NCBI GenBank assembly: GCA_013265495.1
Contig: MU061538.1
Coordinates: 1,242,001-1,306,000 of the forward strand
Source of the DNA: Vicugna vicugna
Taxonomy: Eukaryota
Direction of reading: 5' to 3'
Length of the DNA: 64,000 nucleotides
A model generated the notes under the pieces. The model was not told the DNA's origin and did no database searches. It was given only the letters and a program-made list of their open reading frames with translations. The position numbers and the translations under genes are program-made. This document shows, in pieces, positions 61,841 through 64,000 of the stretch. Every line of letters begins with the position of its first letter. Within the stretch, counting starts at the first letter, position 1.

Positions 61841-62673
61841 ACCCCCTTAAACATTTTTTTGTGTGATGTCCTTTAATGTTCTGTGACGCTGCTTCAGAAA
61901 AAATACTTAGAAAGTGCTGTACTAGGTGACCCTCCAAGGCCCTTGGGAACCTCCGTTTTCAGGTGTAAGGCCAGGCGAACGCCTACTCCCGAGCCCCTGG
62001 GAGGGCGCCTTGTCTGATTTTCTCGTGCCTGCGTATCCTTCTAGTGCTGCGCCGCCTCTGTGACCTCGGGCTAGGCTGTTTCTAGGAAGTGGTGCTATAC
62101 CATCCTCCAGTCTGTTGTTCAGGTTTTGTCGAATATGTGTGCTGTCAGGCCCTCTAAACCAAACCTTATACAGCAAACTAGAATTGTGGAGCTGTTATGA
62201 TAAATAAATGGAATAATTAATATTCTATGAAGGAGATGAAATTGGGACACAAAATTAGCACCAGTAAACTTAGCCTGTAAATTGTAAATCCACTTGTAAA
62301 GCCTAAAATACGACCACTTAGAGCAGCAGTGGGTGATAATTACAATAATACTTATTTGGTTTTTAAGAGTCAGAATTCCAAGGGGGGGAAAAGCAGTGAA
62401 CCTAGTTATTAATAACCTCCTGTGGTTGGACATGCAGTTTTTAATGTTAAGGTTTAACGAGCAACCTCATTTAGTCATCTTTAAAAATTCATGGGCCACC
62501 GGCGCCTATCTGAGATCAAAATTCAAATTTTCACAGAATGTAGTGAGGGAAGTTGGCATAAGGAGGTTTAACCTTGGAGCCCAAAGCTGCCACAAAGCCT
62601 TGTTTATCCAGAACCCAGGAGCTGTGCACTCCCCGTTGCCGGTAACCCGCGCACCGACCAGGCGCCCTGTTAC

Positions 62674-64000
62674 TTTTCCTCGTCAGCTGTGAAAGTCCTT
62701 GTCGGAGGTGTGAGCTCTGCTGCTGCTTCTGTTAAAGAGATCAATAGCCAGCGAGAGAAATTCAGTCTTCCCTGTGTGACTAAGAATCTTGCAGTTTGTC
62801 TGGGTCATGATTCTGAAAGCAAATTTCATTTTGTACGTGAGGTTGCCATAGAGGTGTGGCCACGGGGACAGAGTCCTCATTCGGCCACCAAGTGGATGAG
62901 TGAACCGCACCTCCATCTGCCTGGATGGAGGACGGAGGGAATGAAAGGGCCTCGCTAACTGCTGCTGGCGGTCTCCGCAGGTGGGCAGGTAAAGCTCTCA
63001 GCTCCATGTTCGGCTCACGGAACTCGGTAAATGCTACTTCTGCGTACTCTGAACTCGGGTGTTAGGGTGTCCGTGCCCACCAAAGCAGTCCGCCAATTCA
63101 GTGTAATCTATCAACATCCCAGCAGCATTCTTCACAGAAATAGGATGAACCCTAAAGTGTGTATGAAACCACGAAAGATTGTGAATATTAAAAAAGTAAA
63201 TGGGATTATATCAAACTAAAAAACTTCTGTATGTAAAGGGATCAATCAACAAAATGAAAAAGCAACCTACTGAGTGGGAAATATTTGCAAATCATGTATC
63301 TGATAAGGGTTTAATATCCAAAATATATAAAGAACTCATACAACTCAATAGCAACAAATGAAGAATATGATTTAAAAAAGGGCAGAAGACCTGAGTAGAC
63401 ATTTTCCCAAAGAAGACATGCAAATGGCCAATAAGTACATGAAAAAGGTGCTCAGCATCACCGATCATCAGGGAAATGCACATCAACACCACGTTGAGAC
63501 AGCATCTCACACCTGTCAGAGTGGATGTTACCAGAAAGATAGGAAGTCAGTGTTGGTGAGGATGTGGAGGAAGAGGACATTTGTACACTGTTGGTGGGAA
63601 TGTAAACTGGTGCAGATGTAGTTTGGAGGTTCCTTAAAAAACTAAACATAGAGCTACCGTATTTCCAGTGATTTCACTTCTGGGCATTTACCTGAAGAAA
63701 ACAGTAATACTAACTCAAAAAGATATGTTCGCCGCTGTGTTCACGGTAGTGTTACTTACAACAGCCAAGGCATGGAAACGGCCGAAGTGTCCGTCAGTGG
63801 ACAAGTGGGTAAAACGTGTGCATCACAGAAGTGGCACGTAACCCGTCCCGTCTCGCTGCACGTTCTCGCTCCTGGATGCACGGCTGAGCGCCGTGTCTGC
63901 CTGACTTCCCGCCTTTCTTCATTACAGAAAATAGGTCACTGGCTCTTTCTCCTTCTGGGGATTTTGCCGCTGCTGCTGCTCGGAAGCGTACGGTAGGACC
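62674..64000 (-). pseudogene. Candidate large decayed exon interrupted by L1
   Basis: Overlapping minus ORFs 62683-62916 and 62780-63007; donor AA|gtaaca at 62672-62673; purine-rich coding-like minus text at 63830-64000. Confidence 0.3.
63095..63830 (+). mobile_element. L1 ORF2 C-terminal fragment
   Basis: ORF 63418-63621 contains [10 protein letters not shown]; typical L1 text. Confidence 0.92.

Larger units (their letters stand above)
1..64000 (-). pseudogene. Large unidentified multi-exon (unprocessed) pseudogene, probably extending beyond both window ends
   Basis: More than 25 minus-strand segments bounded by polypyrimidine-AG and GT donor motifs. Short introns at 15309-15392, 30750-30874, 32781-32888 and 29173-29379. 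Phase-compatible chains: 18114>17424>16502; 15829>15308; 33473>33305>32780>32420; 29380>29172>27978. Long frames carry isolated stops and frameshifts. No recognisable domain. Confidence 0.65.

Noticed and set aside
1..64000. Assigning a gene symbol to the fossil gene (CCDC168-, SPATA31-, FSIP2-, CCDC187-like were considered)
   Set aside because: No peptide matched any protein I can recall; a name would be a guess.

Overview
Mammalian genomic DNA, most likely camelid, judged from six copies of a vic-1-like tRNA-derived SINE and artiodactyl-type L1 3' ends. The window is repeat-rich (L1, L2, MIR, MaLR/ERV LTRs, MER5A). It has three CpG islands (~11.3-13.9, ~39.5-41.2 and ~58.2-58.9 kb) and one 166-nt assembly gap. 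I found no intact, recognisable protein-coding or RNA gene, and nothing prokaryotic. Main observation: much of the non-repeat sequence reads as exons of one very large, decayed gene on the MINUS strand that appears to run off both ends of the window. More than 25 candidate exons have GT-AG boundaries, several introns are short (84-222 nt), and reading phases match across adjacent exons. The long frames are broken by scattered stops, frameshifts and L1 insertions. I cannot name the gene. CpG islands with CRE/ETS/MYB motifs lie inside it, which suggests (inference only) reuse of the dead locus as a non-coding, possibly antisense germline transcription unit. Exon calls were made by eye and repeat boundaries are approximate.
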